Assembly: GCA_963816355.1 (NCBI GenBank)
Contig: CAWFKH010000003.1
Span: forward strand, 832,001 to 896,000
Direction: 5' to 3'
DNA length: 64,000 nucleotides
From: an uncultured Gemmatimonadales bacterium
GTDB lineage: Bacteria; Gemmatimonadota; Gemmatimonadetes; Longimicrobiales; RSA9
The notes under the pieces were generated by a model. That model saw nothing but the letters and a program-made list of their open reading frames with translations, searched no databases and was not told where the DNA came from. Each line of letters opens with the position of its first letter. Position 1 is the stretch's first letter. The translations under genes and the position numbers were made by a program. Shown in pieces: positions 31,756 to 41,946 of the stretch.

Positions 31756-33492
31756 ATGTCGATCGAGCGACTGCGCGAGCAGCTGGCGCGCGTGGCGCGC
31801 GAGCTCGGCGGCGATGGCGACGTCGCCAAGATCCAGCTCGAGCGCCCCCGCAATCCGGAGCACGGCGACTTCGCGACGAACCTCGCGATGACGCTCGCTT
31901 CCCGCCTCCGGCGCAAGCCGAGGGAGCTGGCCGAGCACATCGTCGCCACGCTCGACCTCGAAGCGGCGGGCGTGGCCGCCGCCGAGATCGCGGGCCCCGG
32001 CTTCATCAACTTCCGTCTCGCCCGAGCCGCCGTCGGCGAGCGCCTCGCGAGGATCCTGCGGGAGGACCGCGCCTTCGGCCGCACCACGGCGGACCCGCGC
32101 CTGCGCGTCGACGTCGAGTTCGTCTCCGCCAATCCGACCGGACCGCTGCACGTTGCCCACGGCCGCGGCGCCGCCCTGGGCGATGCGATCGCGAGCCTGC
32201 TGGAGTGGAGCGGCCACGACGTCACGCGCGAGTTCTACATCAACGACGCGGGCACCCAGATCGACAAGCTGGTCGAGTCGATCGACGTGCGGCTGCGCCA
32301 GCGCGCGGGCGAGGCCGCCGACATCCCCGAGGGCGGCTATCACGGCGAATACCTCGTCGCCCTCGCGGCCGATGCGGAGGCGGCGGGCCTCGGCGCGCCG
32401 GCGGAACGGGCCGCCGCCGCGGATGGCTCCGCGGCGCGCGACGGGGAGCCGGCGGAGGCGCGGCGCGAGCGGCTGGAACGGCTCCGGGAATGGGCGGTCG
32501 CGCGCCTGCTCGACGAGCAGAAGCGCGACCTGGCGGATTTCGGCCTCCACTTCGACGTCTACTATCCGGAGAGCCGGGTCTACGCGGAGGGCCTGGTGGA
32601 GGACGCGCTCGCCGCCCTGGCCGACAAGGGGCTCCTCTACGAGGCGGACGGCGCGCGCTGGCTGCGCACCAGCGCCTTCGGCGACGACAAGGACCGCGTC
32701 CTCGTGAAGGGCGACGGCACGCCGACGTATTTTCTCCCCGACATCGCGTACCATCGCGACAAGGCGATGCGCGGCTTCGACCGCGCAATCGACATCTGGG
32801 GCGCGGACCACCACGGCTACATCCCGCGCATGCAGGCCGCCCTCGCCGGGCTCGGGCTCGCGGATCTTCTCGAGGTCGAGATCGTGCAGATCGTGCGCAT
32901 CGTGCGCGGCGGCCGCGAGGTGCGGCTGAGCAAGCGGGCGGGCGAGATCGTCGCGCTGCGGGAGCTGGTCGAAGAGACGGGACGCGACGTCGCGCGCTAC
33001 TTCTTCCTCATGCGCCGCGGCGACGCGCAGATGCTCTTCGACCTCGACCTCGCGCTCGACCACTCGGAGAAAAACCCGGTCTACAAGATCCAGTACGCGC
33101 ACGCCCGCATGATGAGCATCTTCCGCAAGGCGGGCGTGGAGGCGGAGGGGATCGGCGCGGGCGACGCGGACGTGGTGCGGCTGGAAGAGGACGTCGAGCG
33201 CGAGCTGATCAAGCAGCTCGACGCGTTCCCCGAGGTGGTCGCGCGCGCCGCCGCGGTCCGCTCTCCGCACCTCGTGTGCGAGTACCTCGAGGCGACCGCG
33301 GGGGCCGTCAACTCCTGGTACCACGCCGGCAACCCGTCGCGGAACCCGGAGCTCGCCGTGCTCGCGGCCGACGACGCGCTGCGGCGCGCCCGCCTCGCGC
33401 TGGCGCGCGCGGTGCAGATCGTGCTGCGCAACGGGCTCCACCTTCTGGGCCTCGAAGCCCCCGACGTGATGCAGAGGGAGGAAGCGGAATGA
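31756..33492 (+). CDS. argS: Arginine-tRNA ligase
   Basis: HGDFATN, IAGPGFINF, EFVSANPTGPLHVAHGR, WGADHHGY, YAHAR. Confidence 0.95.
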   Translation: MSIERLREQLARVARELGGDGDVAKIQLERPRNPEHGDFATNLAMTLASRLRRKPRELAEHIVATLDLEAAGVAAAEIAGPGFINFRLARAAVGERLARILREDRAFGRTTADPRLRVDVEFVSANPTGPLHVAHGRGAALGDAIASLLEWSGHDVTREFYINDAGTQIDKLVESIDVRLRQRAGEAADIPEGGYHGEYLVALAADAEAAGLGAPAERAAAADGSAARDGEPAEARRERLERLREWAVARLLDEQKRDLADFGLHFDVYYPESRVYAEGLVEDALAALADKGLLYEADGARWLRTSAFGDDKDRVLVKGDGTPTYFLPDIAYHRDKAMRGFDRAIDIWGADHHGYIPRMQAALAGLGLADLLEVEIVQIVRIVRGGREVRLSKRAGEIVALRELVEETGRDVARYFFLMRRGDAQMLFDLDLALDHSEKNPVYKIQYAHARMMSIFRKAGVEAEGIGAGDADVVRLEEDVERELIKQLDAFPEVVARAAAVRSPHLVCEYLEATAGAVNSWYHAGNPSRNPELAVLAADDALRRARLALARAVQIVLRNGLHLLGLEAPDVMQREEAE

Positions 33493-34418
33493 GTCTGCTG
33501 GTGGTGGGGAGCATCGCGCTCGACACCGTGACGACCCCGTTCGGCGCCGTCGAGAACACGCTCGGCGGCTCCGCCACGTATTTCAGCGCCGCCGCCTCGC
33601 ACTTCAGCGGCGTGAAGGTGGTCGGCGTGGTGGGAGAGGACTACCCGTTCGAGGCGCTGGACTTTCTGCGCTCCGCAGGCGTCGACCTCGCGGGCGTGTC
33701 GCGCGTATCCGGCGAGAGCTTCCGCTGGGCGGGCGAGTACACCTTCGACCTCAACACGGCGCGCACGGTCGAGACCCGCCTCGGCGTCTTCGCGGACTTC
33801 CGGCCCCGGATCCCCGAGGCGTTCCGCGACGCGGAGTGGGTCTTCCTCGCGAACATCGACCCGGTCCTGCAGCTCGAGGTGCTCGAGCAGGTGCGCGCGC
33901 CGCGCCTCGTCGCCTGCGACACGATGAACTACTGGATCGATGGCCGCCGCGACGAGCTGCTCGAGCTGCTCCGCCGCGTCGACGTCTTCCTCGTCAACGA
34001 CGCCGAGATCCGCGCCCTCACCGGCGAGCACAACCTGCTCAAGGCGGCGCGCGAGGTGCAGCGGCGCGGTCCCGGCATCGTCGTCGTGAAGAAGGGCGAG
34101 CACGGGGCGATGCTCTTCACGCCGGATCTGATCTTCTTCGCGCCCGGCTTCCCGCTGGAGGACATCTTCGATCCGACCGGCGCGGGGGACGCGTTCGCCG
34201 GCGGCTTTCTCGGCCACATCGCGCGCAGCGCCTCGACGCGGCCCGAAGAGCTGCGGCGCGCCATGGTGTACGGCTCCACCATGGGGTCCTTCGCCGTCGA
34301 ACGATTCGGCATCGACCGTTTCCGCGACCTCACGCCCGCGGGGATCGATGCGCGCTTCGCCGCGTTCCGGGAGATCACCGCCTTCGAGCAACCGATCCCC
34401 GCCGACGCCCGTGCCTGA
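33489..34418 (+). CDS. PfkB-family sugar/nucleoside kinase
   Basis: VVGSIALD, GGSATY, KKGEHGA, DPTGAGDAFAGGF. Confidence 0.9.
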   Translation: MSLLVVGSIALDTVTTPFGAVENTLGGSATYFSAAASHFSGVKVVGVVGEDYPFEALDFLRSAGVDLAGVSRVSGESFRWAGEYTFDLNTARTVETRLGVFADFRPRIPEAFRDAEWVFLANIDPVLQLEVLEQVRAPRLVACDTMNYWIDGRRDELLELLRRVDVFLVNDAEIRALTGEHNLLKAAREVQRRGPGIVVVKKGEHGAMLFTPDLIFFAPGFPLEDIFDPTGAGDAFAGGFLGHIARSASTRPEELRRAMVYGSTMGSFAVERFGIDRFRDLTPAGIDARFAAFREITAFEQPIPADARA

Positions 34419-35463
34419 GCGCGCCACCACCGGCTCGCCGGGGATCCGCTACCGCGACGCCGGCGTCGACCGCGACGCGGCCGCGCGCGCGAAAGCCCGC
34501 ATCGCTGACGTCGTCGCCGCGACGCGCACGCCGGGCGTGCTGTCGCAGCCGGGCGGCTTTGGCGGCCTCTTCCGCGCCCCCTCCGGTCTGCGCGATCCCG
34601 TCCTGGTGGCGAGCGCGGATGGCGTCGGCACCAAGCTGAAGGTGGCGATGCGCGCGAACCGCCACGACACCGTCGGCGAGGATCTCGTCAACCACTGCGT
34701 GGACGACATCCTGGTCGAGGGCGCGCGGCCGCTCTTCTTCCTCGACTACATCGGCATGGGCCAGCTCGAGGAGGGGACCGTGGCGGCGGTCGTCGAAGGC
34801 ATCGGGCGCGGCTGCCGTGCCAACGGCTGCGCCCTCCTCGGCGGCGAGACCGCGGAAATGCCGGACTTCTACGCGCCCGGCGAGTACGACCTCGCCGGCT
34901 TCGTCGTCGGCGCCGTCGAGGGCGAGCGTCGCCCCGGCGCGGAGCGCGTTCGATCCGGCGACGTGCTGATCGGCCTTCCCGGCACCGGATTTCACACTAA
35001 CGGCTACTCTTTGCTGCGCCGCATCCTCTTCGAACGGCTCGCGCTCGGGCCGGACGACCGCTTTCCGGACCTCGACGCATCGGTCGCCGATGTGCTGCTG
35101 CGCGTCCATCCGAGCTATCTCGAGGCGGTCGCGCCCCTCCTCGACGAGGACCTCGTACACGCGCTCGCCCACATCACCGGCGGCGGCATCCCGGAGAACC
35201 TGGCGCGCGTCGTTCCGGACGGCCTCAGCGCGCACGTGCGCCGCGATGCGTGGCGGCCCCCACCGGAGTTCGGCGCCGTGCAGCGCGCCGGCCAGGTGCC
35301 GGAGGAGGAGATGTTCCGCACCTTCAACATGGGGATCGGCATGATCCTCGCCGTTGCGCCCGCCGATTGCGGCGCCGCGCTGGAGCGGCTCGCCGGCAGC
35401 GCCACGGGGGCGCACGTGATCGGCGAGGTCGCCGCGGGTGAGCGGCGCGTCGTCCTCGACTGA
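34411..35463 (+). CDS. purM: AIR synthetase
   Basis: YRDAGVD, GGFGG, DGVGTKL, GGETAEMP, HITGGG, FRTFNMGIG. Confidence 0.95.
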   Translation: MPERATTGSPGIRYRDAGVDRDAAARAKARIADVVAATRTPGVLSQPGGFGGLFRAPSGLRDPVLVASADGVGTKLKVAMRANRHDTVGEDLVNHCVDDILVEGARPLFFLDYIGMGQLEEGTVAAVVEGIGRGCRANGCALLGGETAEMPDFYAPGEYDLAGFVVGAVEGERRPGAERVRSGDVLIGLPGTGFHTNGYSLLRRILFERLALGPDDRFPDLDASVADVLLRVHPSYLEAVAPLLDEDLVHALAHITGGGIPENLARVVPDGLSAHVRRDAWRPPPEFGAVQRAGQVPEEEMFRTFNMGIGMILAVAPADCGAALERLAGSATGAHVIGEVAAGERRVVLD

Positions 35464-35480
35464 GGGGAGGAGGGTCGAAG

Positions 35481-36479
35481 GTGCCTTCGACGAAACGAGT
35501 TCTCCGTGGCACGGCCGCGCTCGCCGCGGCCGCGCTCGCGTTCACGCCGGTCCGCGGCGCCGCTCAGCTCGTCGAGCAGTGCGCGAGCCATTCCGGCGGC
35601 TTCGAGCAGGTCCAGCGCTACTGCAACCTCGTGGCGCAGACGGTCGAGATCTCGCAGCCGCGGCTGGGTCTGGGCCTGAGCGGAGGCGACCCCGTGGCGG
35701 GCAGCGCCAGCACTCTCGGGATGCGGCTGGGCTCGCCGCGCGTCGCCGTGGGCGTGCGCGGCACGGTCGTGGTCACGCGCATCCCGGACATCCGCACCGA
35801 GTCGGCGCAGGGCCGACTCACGTTCCCGCTCGGCAGCATCGACGCGGACGCGGCGATCGGCCTCTACTCCGGCTTCTCGCCCGCGCCGACCGTGGGCGGC
35901 GTGGGATCGCTCGATCTGCTGGGAAGCATCGGCATCATCCCGGTGCCGAACGACCAGGGTTTCGCCGCCCGCGTGCCCGTCACGTGGGGGATCGGCGCCC
36001 GCCTGGGACTGCTGCGCGAGTCGTTCACCGCGCCCGGCATCTCCGTCAGCGCCATGTACCGCTCCCTGGGGAACGTGCTCTACGGCGACACCGCGCTGCA
36101 GCGGCAGGACGCCTTCTTCGAATCGGACCTGCGCGGCGTCAGCCTGCGCGCCGTCGCCGGCAAGAGCCTCTCCTTCCTCTCCCTCACGGCGGGCGCCGGC
36201 TACGACTCCTGGCGCAGCGATGTCGCGTTCGGCGCCGTCGCCACGGTTGCGGCGCCCGTGAGCCGCTTCGAGGTGCGCATCCCCGCGACGCGCCTGACGA
36301 CGCACCGCGCCTCCGTCTTCGCGGACGTCGGCCTCAACTTCGTCGTGCTCACGCTGGTCGGAGAGGTCGGCTGGCAGGCGGGCACTTCGCTGCCCGCCGT
36401 CCCTCTGCCGCAGGGCGCCACGCTGTCGCCCCGCGACGGCGCCGTCTTCGGCGGCCTGGCGCTCCGCCTCACGCTGTGA
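35481..36479 (+). CDS. Secreted hypothetical protein, possible outer-membrane beta-barrel
   Basis: Signal peptide, alternating amphipathic beta-strands, C-terminal FGGLALRLTL. Confidence 0.6.
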   Translation: MPSTKRVLRGTAALAAAALAFTPVRGAAQLVEQCASHSGGFEQVQRYCNLVAQTVEISQPRLGLGLSGGDPVAGSASTLGMRLGSPRVAVGVRGTVVVTRIPDIRTESAQGRLTFPLGSIDADAAIGLYSGFSPAPTVGGVGSLDLLGSIGIIPVPNDQGFAARVPVTWGIGARLGLLRESFTAPGISVSAMYRSLGNVLYGDTALQRQDAFFESDLRGVSLRAVAGKSLSFLSLTAGAGYDSWRSDVAFGAVATVAAPVSRFEVRIPATRLTTHRASVFADVGLNFVVLTLVGEVGWQAGTSLPAVPLPQGATLSPRDGAVFGGLALRLTL

Positions 36480-37588
36480 TGGCCGCGGACGGCGAGCGCC
36501 GCTTCCTCGATCTCGCCTTCGATCTGGCCGAGGCCGGCTGGGGCGCCGTCCACCCCAATCCGCTCGTCGGCGCCGTCGTCGTCCGCGATGGCGCCGTCGT
36601 GGGCCGCGGCGCGCACCGCCGCTTCGGCGGCGACCACGCCGAGATCGAGGCGCTGCGCGACGCCGGCGACGCCGCCCGCGGCGCGGATCTGTACGTGACG
36701 CTCGAGCCGTGCGCCCACCACGGCAAGACGCCGCCGTGCTGCGACGCCATCGCCGCCGCCGGCATCCGCCGCGTCGTCTTCGCCGCCGCCGACCCCACCG
36801 CCCTCGCCGGGGGCGGCGCGGGCCGCCTCGCCGCCGCAGGGATCGATGTCGTGGGGCCTCTCGCGCCGGAGCGTGCGCGGGCGCAGAACGCGATCTTCTT
36901 CCATGCCGCCGCCGCGCGCGGCCCGTTCCTCGCCCTCAAGTACGCGCTGTCGCTCGACGCGCGCCTCTCCCGTACGGCGGACGCTCCCACCGACATCACG
37001 GGCGATCTCGCGCGGCGGGACGCGCATCGGCTGCGCGCCGGCTACGATGCGCTCCTCGTCGGGCGCGGCACCGCGCTGGCCGACGATCCGCGTCTCACCG
37101 TCCGCGGCGACGTGCGGCCGCGCCGTCCCCCGCTGCGCGTCGTGCTCGACGCCGGCGCACGCCTGGCGCCCGATTCCCGCCTCGCCTCCACCGCCCGTGA
37201 TGCGCCGCTGCGCGTCTACGTCGGCTCGGACGCTCCGGCCGAGCGGCGCAGCGCGCTCGAGCGCCGCGGCGCCACGGTGCGCCAGGTGGGGCGCGGCGAG
37301 GACGGCCTCGACGTCGCCGCGGTGCTCGCCGACCTCGCCGGCGACGGCGTCGCCTCGATCCTGTGCGAGGGCGGAGGCCGGCTCGGCGCGAGCCTGCTGC
37401 GCCGCGACGTCGTCGAGCGTCTCCACCTCTACGCCGCGCCGCTTCTCCTCGGCGAGTCGGCGGTGGCGGCGTTCCCCGGCGGCTTCCCGGCGATGGAGGG
37501 CGCGGCCGCGCCCTGCTGGCGGCGCACCGCCGTGCGCGAGCTGGGCACCGACCTGCGCGTCGATTACGACCGCCTCCGGGAGCGCTGA
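36479..37588 (+). CDS. ribD: Riboflavin biosynthesis deaminase/reductase
   Basis: PNPLVGAV, HAE, TLEPCAHHGKTPPC, DDPRLTVR, EGG. Confidence 0.93.
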   Translation: MAADGERRFLDLAFDLAEAGWGAVHPNPLVGAVVVRDGAVVGRGAHRRFGGDHAEIEALRDAGDAARGADLYVTLEPCAHHGKTPPCCDAIAAAGIRRVVFAAADPTALAGGGAGRLAAAGIDVVGPLAPERARAQNAIFFHAAAARGPFLALKYALSLDARLSRTADAPTDITGDLARRDAHRLRAGYDALLVGRGTALADDPRLTVRGDVRPRRPPLRVVLDAGARLAPDSRLASTARDAPLRVYVGSDAPAERRSALERRGATVRQVGRGEDGLDVAAVLADLAGDGVASILCEGGGRLGASLLRRDVVERLHLYAAPLLLGESAVAAFPGGFPAMEGAAAPCWRRTAVRELGTDLRVDYDRLRER

Positions 37589-38193
37589 TGTTCACGGGCA
37601 TCGTCGAGGAAGTCGGCACCATCGCGGGCGTCGAAGACGTAGGCGACGGGCGCCGCCTGCGCATCGCTGCCGGCTTCGCCGCCGCGCTCGTGGATGGCGA
37701 GTCGGTCGCGATCGCCGGCGTGTGCCAGACCGTGGTCTCACGTGACGCGGATTCGTTCACCGTCGAGGCGATCGCGACGACGCTGTCACGCACCACGCTC
37801 GGCGCGCTCGCGGCGGGGGACCGCGTCAACCTGGAGCGGGCGCTGGCGTTCGGCGCGCGGCTCGGCGGGCATCTGGTGCAGGGGCACGTCGACGGCGTGG
37901 GCCGCGTCGTGCGCGTGGAGGCGGCGGGTGAGCACGTCCTCGTCGACGTGGCGCTGCCGCCGCTCGTGGCGGAGGTGGCGGTGCTGCACGGCTCGATCGC
38001 GGTCGACGGCGTGAGCCTGACGGTGAACGCGCGACCCGCCGCGGGCGTCGCGCAGGTCGCGCTCATCCCCTTCACCCGGGAACACACGACGCTCTCCGCC
38101 CTTTCGTCGGGTGACGAGGTGAACCTCGAGGGCGACATGCTCGGTCGCTTCGTGGTCGACTATCTGAAGCGAACCGGAGGCTCGCGGGTATGA
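37588..38193 (+). CDS. ribE: Riboflavin synthase
   Basis: MFTGIVEE, VNLERAL, GGHLVQGHVD, DGVSLTV. Confidence 0.93.
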   Translation: MFTGIVEEVGTIAGVEDVGDGRRLRIAAGFAAALVDGESVAIAGVCQTVVSRDADSFTVEAIATTLSRTTLGALAAGDRVNLERALAFGARLGGHLVQGHVDGVGRVVRVEAAGEHVLVDVALPPLVAEVAVLHGSIAVDGVSLTVNARPAAGVAQVALIPFTREHTTLSALSSGDEVNLEGDMLGRFVVDYLKRTGGSRV

Positions 38194-39494
38194 GCGACCG
38201 GATGACACCCGGGATCACAGCGCAGGGGCGCAAAACGATGGGACTCGACCGCGTCGAGGACGCGATTCGCGACGTTCGCGAAGGGCGCCTCGTCATCGTC
38301 GCCGACGACGAGGACCGCGAGAACGAGGGCGACCTCGTCGCCGCCGCGGCAAAGATCACGCCCGAGATGGTCAACTTCATGGCCTCCCACGGGCGGGGTC
38401 TGATCTGCGTCGCGCTCACGGCGGACCGCGCCGACGCGCTCGATCTGCCGCTGATGACGGAGATCAACAAGGAGGGCTTCGGCACCGCCTTCACGATCTC
38501 GGTCGACGCCCACCCCCGCTTCGGCGTCACGACCGGCATCAGCGCGCGCGACCGCGCCCGCACGATCGCGCTGCTCGCCGGCGACGACACCTCGGCCACC
38601 GACCTGCGGCGGCCCGGCCACGTCTTCCCGCTGCGCGCGGTGCCCGGCGGCGTGCTGCGGCGCGTCGGTCAGACCGAAGCGTCCGTCGACCTCGCCCGGC
38701 TCGCCGGTCTGCCGCCGGTCGGCGTCATCTGCGAGATCATGAACGAGGATGGTAGCATGGCGCGCCGGCCGCAGCTCGAGCGCTTCGCCGCGGAGCACGA
38801 CCTGCGCTTCGTCACCGTCGCCGACATCGTCGCCTACCGCCTGCGCACCGAGCGCCTGGTCCACCGCATCGCGGAGGCGGTGCTGCCGACGAAGCACGGC
38901 GATTTCCGCATCATCGCCTACGAGAACCAGATCGACGGCCGCGAGCACGTGGCGATGGTGAAGGGCGAGATCGCGGGCCACGAGGACGTCCTCGTACGCA
39001 TGCACTCGGAGTGCCTGACGGGGGACGTCTTCCATTCGCTGCGCTGCGACTGCGGCGAACAGCTCCACGCGGCGATGCGGCGCATCGACGAGGAAGGCGA
39101 GGGCGCCGTCGTATACCTGCGCCAGGAGGGGCGCGGCATCGGGTTCGGCAACAAGATCCGCGCGTATTCGCTGCAGGACAATGGGCAGGACACGGTGGAG
39201 GCGAACGAGTCGCTCGGCTTCAAGCCGGACCTGCGCGACTACGGGATCGGCGCCCAGATCCTGCTCGATCTGGGGCTCTCCTCGATCCGCATCCTGACCA
39301 ACAATCCGCGCAAGGTCGTGGGGCTCGAGGGCTACGGTCTGAAGATCACCGGCCGCGAGCCGATCCAGACTCAGCCGACGGACCACAACCGCGATTATCT
39401 GGTCGCGAAGCGGGAGAAGCTCGGGCACCTGCTCACGGACCTCGAGATCGAGCGTCGCGAGGCCGACGCGCCGGACCGCGCGGAGAGCGCCTGA
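38190..39494 (+). CDS. ribBA: Bifunctional DHBP synthase / GTP cyclohydrolase II
   Basis: DDEDRENEGD, RPGHVFPL, RMHSECLTGD, RCDCG, QEGRGIG, TNNPRK. Confidence 0.95.
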   Translation: MSDRMTPGITAQGRKTMGLDRVEDAIRDVREGRLVIVADDEDRENEGDLVAAAAKITPEMVNFMASHGRGLICVALTADRADALDLPLMTEINKEGFGTAFTISVDAHPRFGVTTGISARDRARTIALLAGDDTSATDLRRPGHVFPLRAVPGGVLRRVGQTEASVDLARLAGLPPVGVICEIMNEDGSMARRPQLERFAAEHDLRFVTVADIVAYRLRTERLVHRIAEAVLPTKHGDFRIIAYENQIDGREHVAMVKGEIAGHEDVLVRMHSECLTGDVFHSLRCDCGEQLHAAMRRIDEEGEGAVVYLRQEGRGIGFGNKIRAYSLQDNGQDTVEANESLGFKPDLRDYGIGAQILLDLGLSSIRILTNNPRKVVGLEGYGLKITGREPIQTQPTDHNRDYLVAKREKLGHLLTDLEIERREADAPDRAESA

Positions 39495-39973
39495 TGGCCG
39501 AGCTCCGCGCGGATCTCGATGGGTCCGGTCAGCGCTTCGCCATCGTCGTCAGCCGCTTCAACGCGCCGATCACCGAATCGCTGCTCGAGGCTGCCCGCGC
39601 CACGCTGAGCGAGCACGGCGTGGCGGCCGGCGACGTCCTGGTCGTCCACGTGCCCGGCGCCTGGGAGATCCCGCTCGCCGCCACCCTCCTGGCCGACCGC
39701 GACGAGTACGCGGCGATCCTCGCACTCGGCTGCATCATCCGCGGCGAGACGCCGCATTTCGACTACATCGCGGGCGCGACTGCGCGCGAGCTCGCCGCCC
39801 TCGCCGTGCGCCGCCGTACCCCGATCGTCTTCGGCGTCCTCACGACCGACGATGCCGAGCAGGCGTGGGCCCGCGCCGGGGGAGGGGAGCGCAACAAGGG
39901 ACGCGAGGCCGCCCTCGCCGCCCTCGAGATCGCCGGCGTCGCCGCCGATCTGCGGCGGGAGCCGCGCCCGTGA
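39494..39973 (+). CDS. ribH: Lumazine synthase
   Basis: IVVSRFN, VPGAWEIP, GCIIRGETPHFDYI, FGVLT. Confidence 0.95.
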   Translation: MAELRADLDGSGQRFAIVVSRFNAPITESLLEAARATLSEHGVAAGDVLVVHVPGAWEIPLAATLLADRDEYAAILALGCIIRGETPHFDYIAGATARELAALAVRRRTPIVFGVLTTDDAEQAWARAGGGERNKGREAALAALEIAGVAADLRREPRP

Positions 39974-40401
39974 AGCGATCGCGGTCCCGGGCCCGGGCCT
40001 GGGTCCTCCAGATGCTGTACGCATGGGACGTGAGGGCGGGAGCCGAGCCGATCGAGGCGGTGCGCCGCGAGTTCTTCGAGAACCGCCGCATCAGCGAGGC
40101 GAGCCGCGCCTACATCGGCCGCCTCACCGACGTCCTCGCCGAACGCCGCGCGGGCATCGACGACGCGGTCGAGGCGTGCCTCACCAACTGGCGCATGGAG
40201 CGGCTCGCCGTGATCGATCGCAACGTGCTCCGCATCGCGGCCGCGGAGATCCTCTTCATGCCGGACGTCCCGCCCCGCGTCGCCATCCAGGAGGCGATCT
40301 ACCTGGCGGAGAAGTACGGCACGGCCGACAGCCCCCGCTTCGTCAACGGCGTGCTCGACGCGCTGATGCGCCGCGCGCAGCCGGCCGCCCGCGACTCCTG
40401 A
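39970..40401 (+). CDS. nusB: Transcription antitermination factor NusB
   Basis: RSRAR, NWRMERLAVIDRNVLR, FVNGVLD; ribH-nusB synteny. Confidence 0.93.
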   Translation: MKRSRSRARAWVLQMLYAWDVRAGAEPIEAVRREFFENRRISEASRAYIGRLTDVLAERRAGIDDAVEACLTNWRMERLAVIDRNVLRIAAAEILFMPDVPPRVAIQEAIYLAEKYGTADSPRFVNGVLDALMRRAQPAARDS

Positions 40402-40415
40402 CGGAAGGGGCCGCG

Positions 40416-41540
40416 TTGGAGATCCTCGTCCTCAACTGGCAGGATCGGCTCAACCCGCTCGGAGGCGGAGCCGAGACCCACCTGCACGAGATCTTCGGCC
40501 GCCTCGCGGCGCGCGGCCACGCCGTCACCCTGCTCACCTCCGGCTGGCCCGGCTCGGCGCCGCGCGAGACGGTGGACGGGATGGACGTGCACCGCACCGG
40601 ACGGCGTTATACATTCAACGTCGTGGCCCCTCGTTACTACCGGAGGCACCTGCGCGGCCGTGCTTTCGACGTGGTGGTGGAGGATCTCAACAAGGTTCCG
40701 GTATACACGCCCCTGTGGGTGCGCCGGCCGCTCGTCCTGCTGGTGCACCACCTCTTCGGCCTCGTCGCCTTTCAGGAGGTCGCCCCCTACATCGCGGCCC
40801 CTACCTGGCTCCTCGAACAGCCGCTGCCGTGGATCTACCGCGGCGTTCCGGTCGAGGCGGTCTCGCAGAGCACGGCGGACGACCTGCGGCGGCGCGGCTT
40901 CCGCTCCGAGATCGAGATCATCCCGAACGGCGTGGACACGCGCTTCTTCCGCCCCGGCACGGGCGAGCGCTTCGAGACGCCCACGCTCCTCTACATGGGC
41001 CGACTCAAGCGGTACAAGCGCGTCGACCTCATCATCCGCGCGCTCGCCCGCCTGCGTGATTCGGGGCACGCCGGCATCCGGCTCGTCGTCGGCGGTCGCG
41101 GGGACTACGACGCCAGCCTGCACGCGCTCGCCCGCCGCCTGGGCGTCGATGACGCGGTCGACTTCGCCGGCTACGTCAGCGAGGACGAGAAGCTCCGCCT
41201 GCTGCAACGGAGCTGGGTGCACCTGCTCACGTCGCCGAAGGAGGGGTGGGGCATCTCGAACCTGGAGGCGGCCGCGTGCGGCACGCCCAGCGTGGCCAGT
41301 GATTCGCCGGGCCTGCGCGACTCCGTGGCCGACGGCCGCACCGGCTTCCTGGTGCCGCACGGCGACGTCGCCGCGATCGCCGACCGCGTCCGCGCGATCG
41401 TCGAGGATCCGGCGCTGCGCGAGCGCCTCGGCACGCAGGCGCGCGAATTCGCCGAACGGCACAGCTGGGAACACGCCGCCGATCTGACGGAGAGGCACCT
41501 GGAGCACGTCGCGGGGTCCGAACGAGTGAGGAGAGCGTGA
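40416..41540 (+). CDS. GT4-family glycosyltransferase
   Basis: GGAETHLHE, IIPNGVD, GRLKRYKRVD, EGWGISNLEAAACG. Confidence 0.88.
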   Translation: MEILVLNWQDRLNPLGGGAETHLHEIFGRLAARGHAVTLLTSGWPGSAPRETVDGMDVHRTGRRYTFNVVAPRYYRRHLRGRAFDVVVEDLNKVPVYTPLWVRRPLVLLVHHLFGLVAFQEVAPYIAAPTWLLEQPLPWIYRGVPVEAVSQSTADDLRRRGFRSEIEIIPNGVDTRFFRPGTGERFETPTLLYMGRLKRYKRVDLIIRALARLRDSGHAGIRLVVGGRGDYDASLHALARRLGVDDAVDFAGYVSEDEKLRLLQRSWVHLLTSPKEGWGISNLEAAACGTPSVASDSPGLRDSVADGRTGFLVPHGDVAAIADRVRAIVEDPALRERLGTQAREFAERHSWEHAADLTERHLEHVAGSERVRRA

Positions 41541-41578
41541 CGCTCGTCCCGAAACCGACCGCCGAACCTGGGGGGATC

Positions 41579-41917
41579 ATGAACGTGAGCATCACGGCAC
41601 GCCACTGTTCATTGACCACGGTCATGCGCCGCCGCGCAATGGAACGGATCGCGCGCCTGAGCCGCTTCGACGACCGCATTCTCACGGCGGAGCTGATCTG
41701 CGAGGAGGACAGGGGGAGGACGACCGTCGAGGTCCGGCTGCACGTGCCCGCCACCGCTCCGCTCATCGCCCACGCCACCGCGGACGAGTTCCGCATCGGA
41801 CTCGACAGCGTGATCGCGAAGCTCGCTCGCCAGCTCAAGCGGGCCCGCGAGCGCCGCCTGCGACACCGCGGCGAGGGGATCGCCGACCTCGACTCCGGCG
41901 CCGCAGTGGGCGTCTGA
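41579..41917 (+). CDS. hpf: Ribosome hibernation factor HPF/RaiA (short form)
   Basis: MNVSITARH N-terminus, KL.RQL.R C-terminal helix; hpf-hprK synteny. Confidence 0.75.
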   Translation: MNVSITARHCSLTTVMRRRAMERIARLSRFDDRILTAELICEEDRGRTTVEVRLHVPATAPLIAHATADEFRIGLDSVIAKLARQLKRARERRLRHRGEGIADLDSGAAVGV

Positions 41918-41946
41918 GGCGGCCCGGAAAGGAACGCACGGAGACC

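Noticed and set aside
36380..36480. FMN riboswitch ahead of the rib operon
   Set aside because: There is no intergenic space (ribD overlaps the upstream gene) and no RFN consensus was seen.
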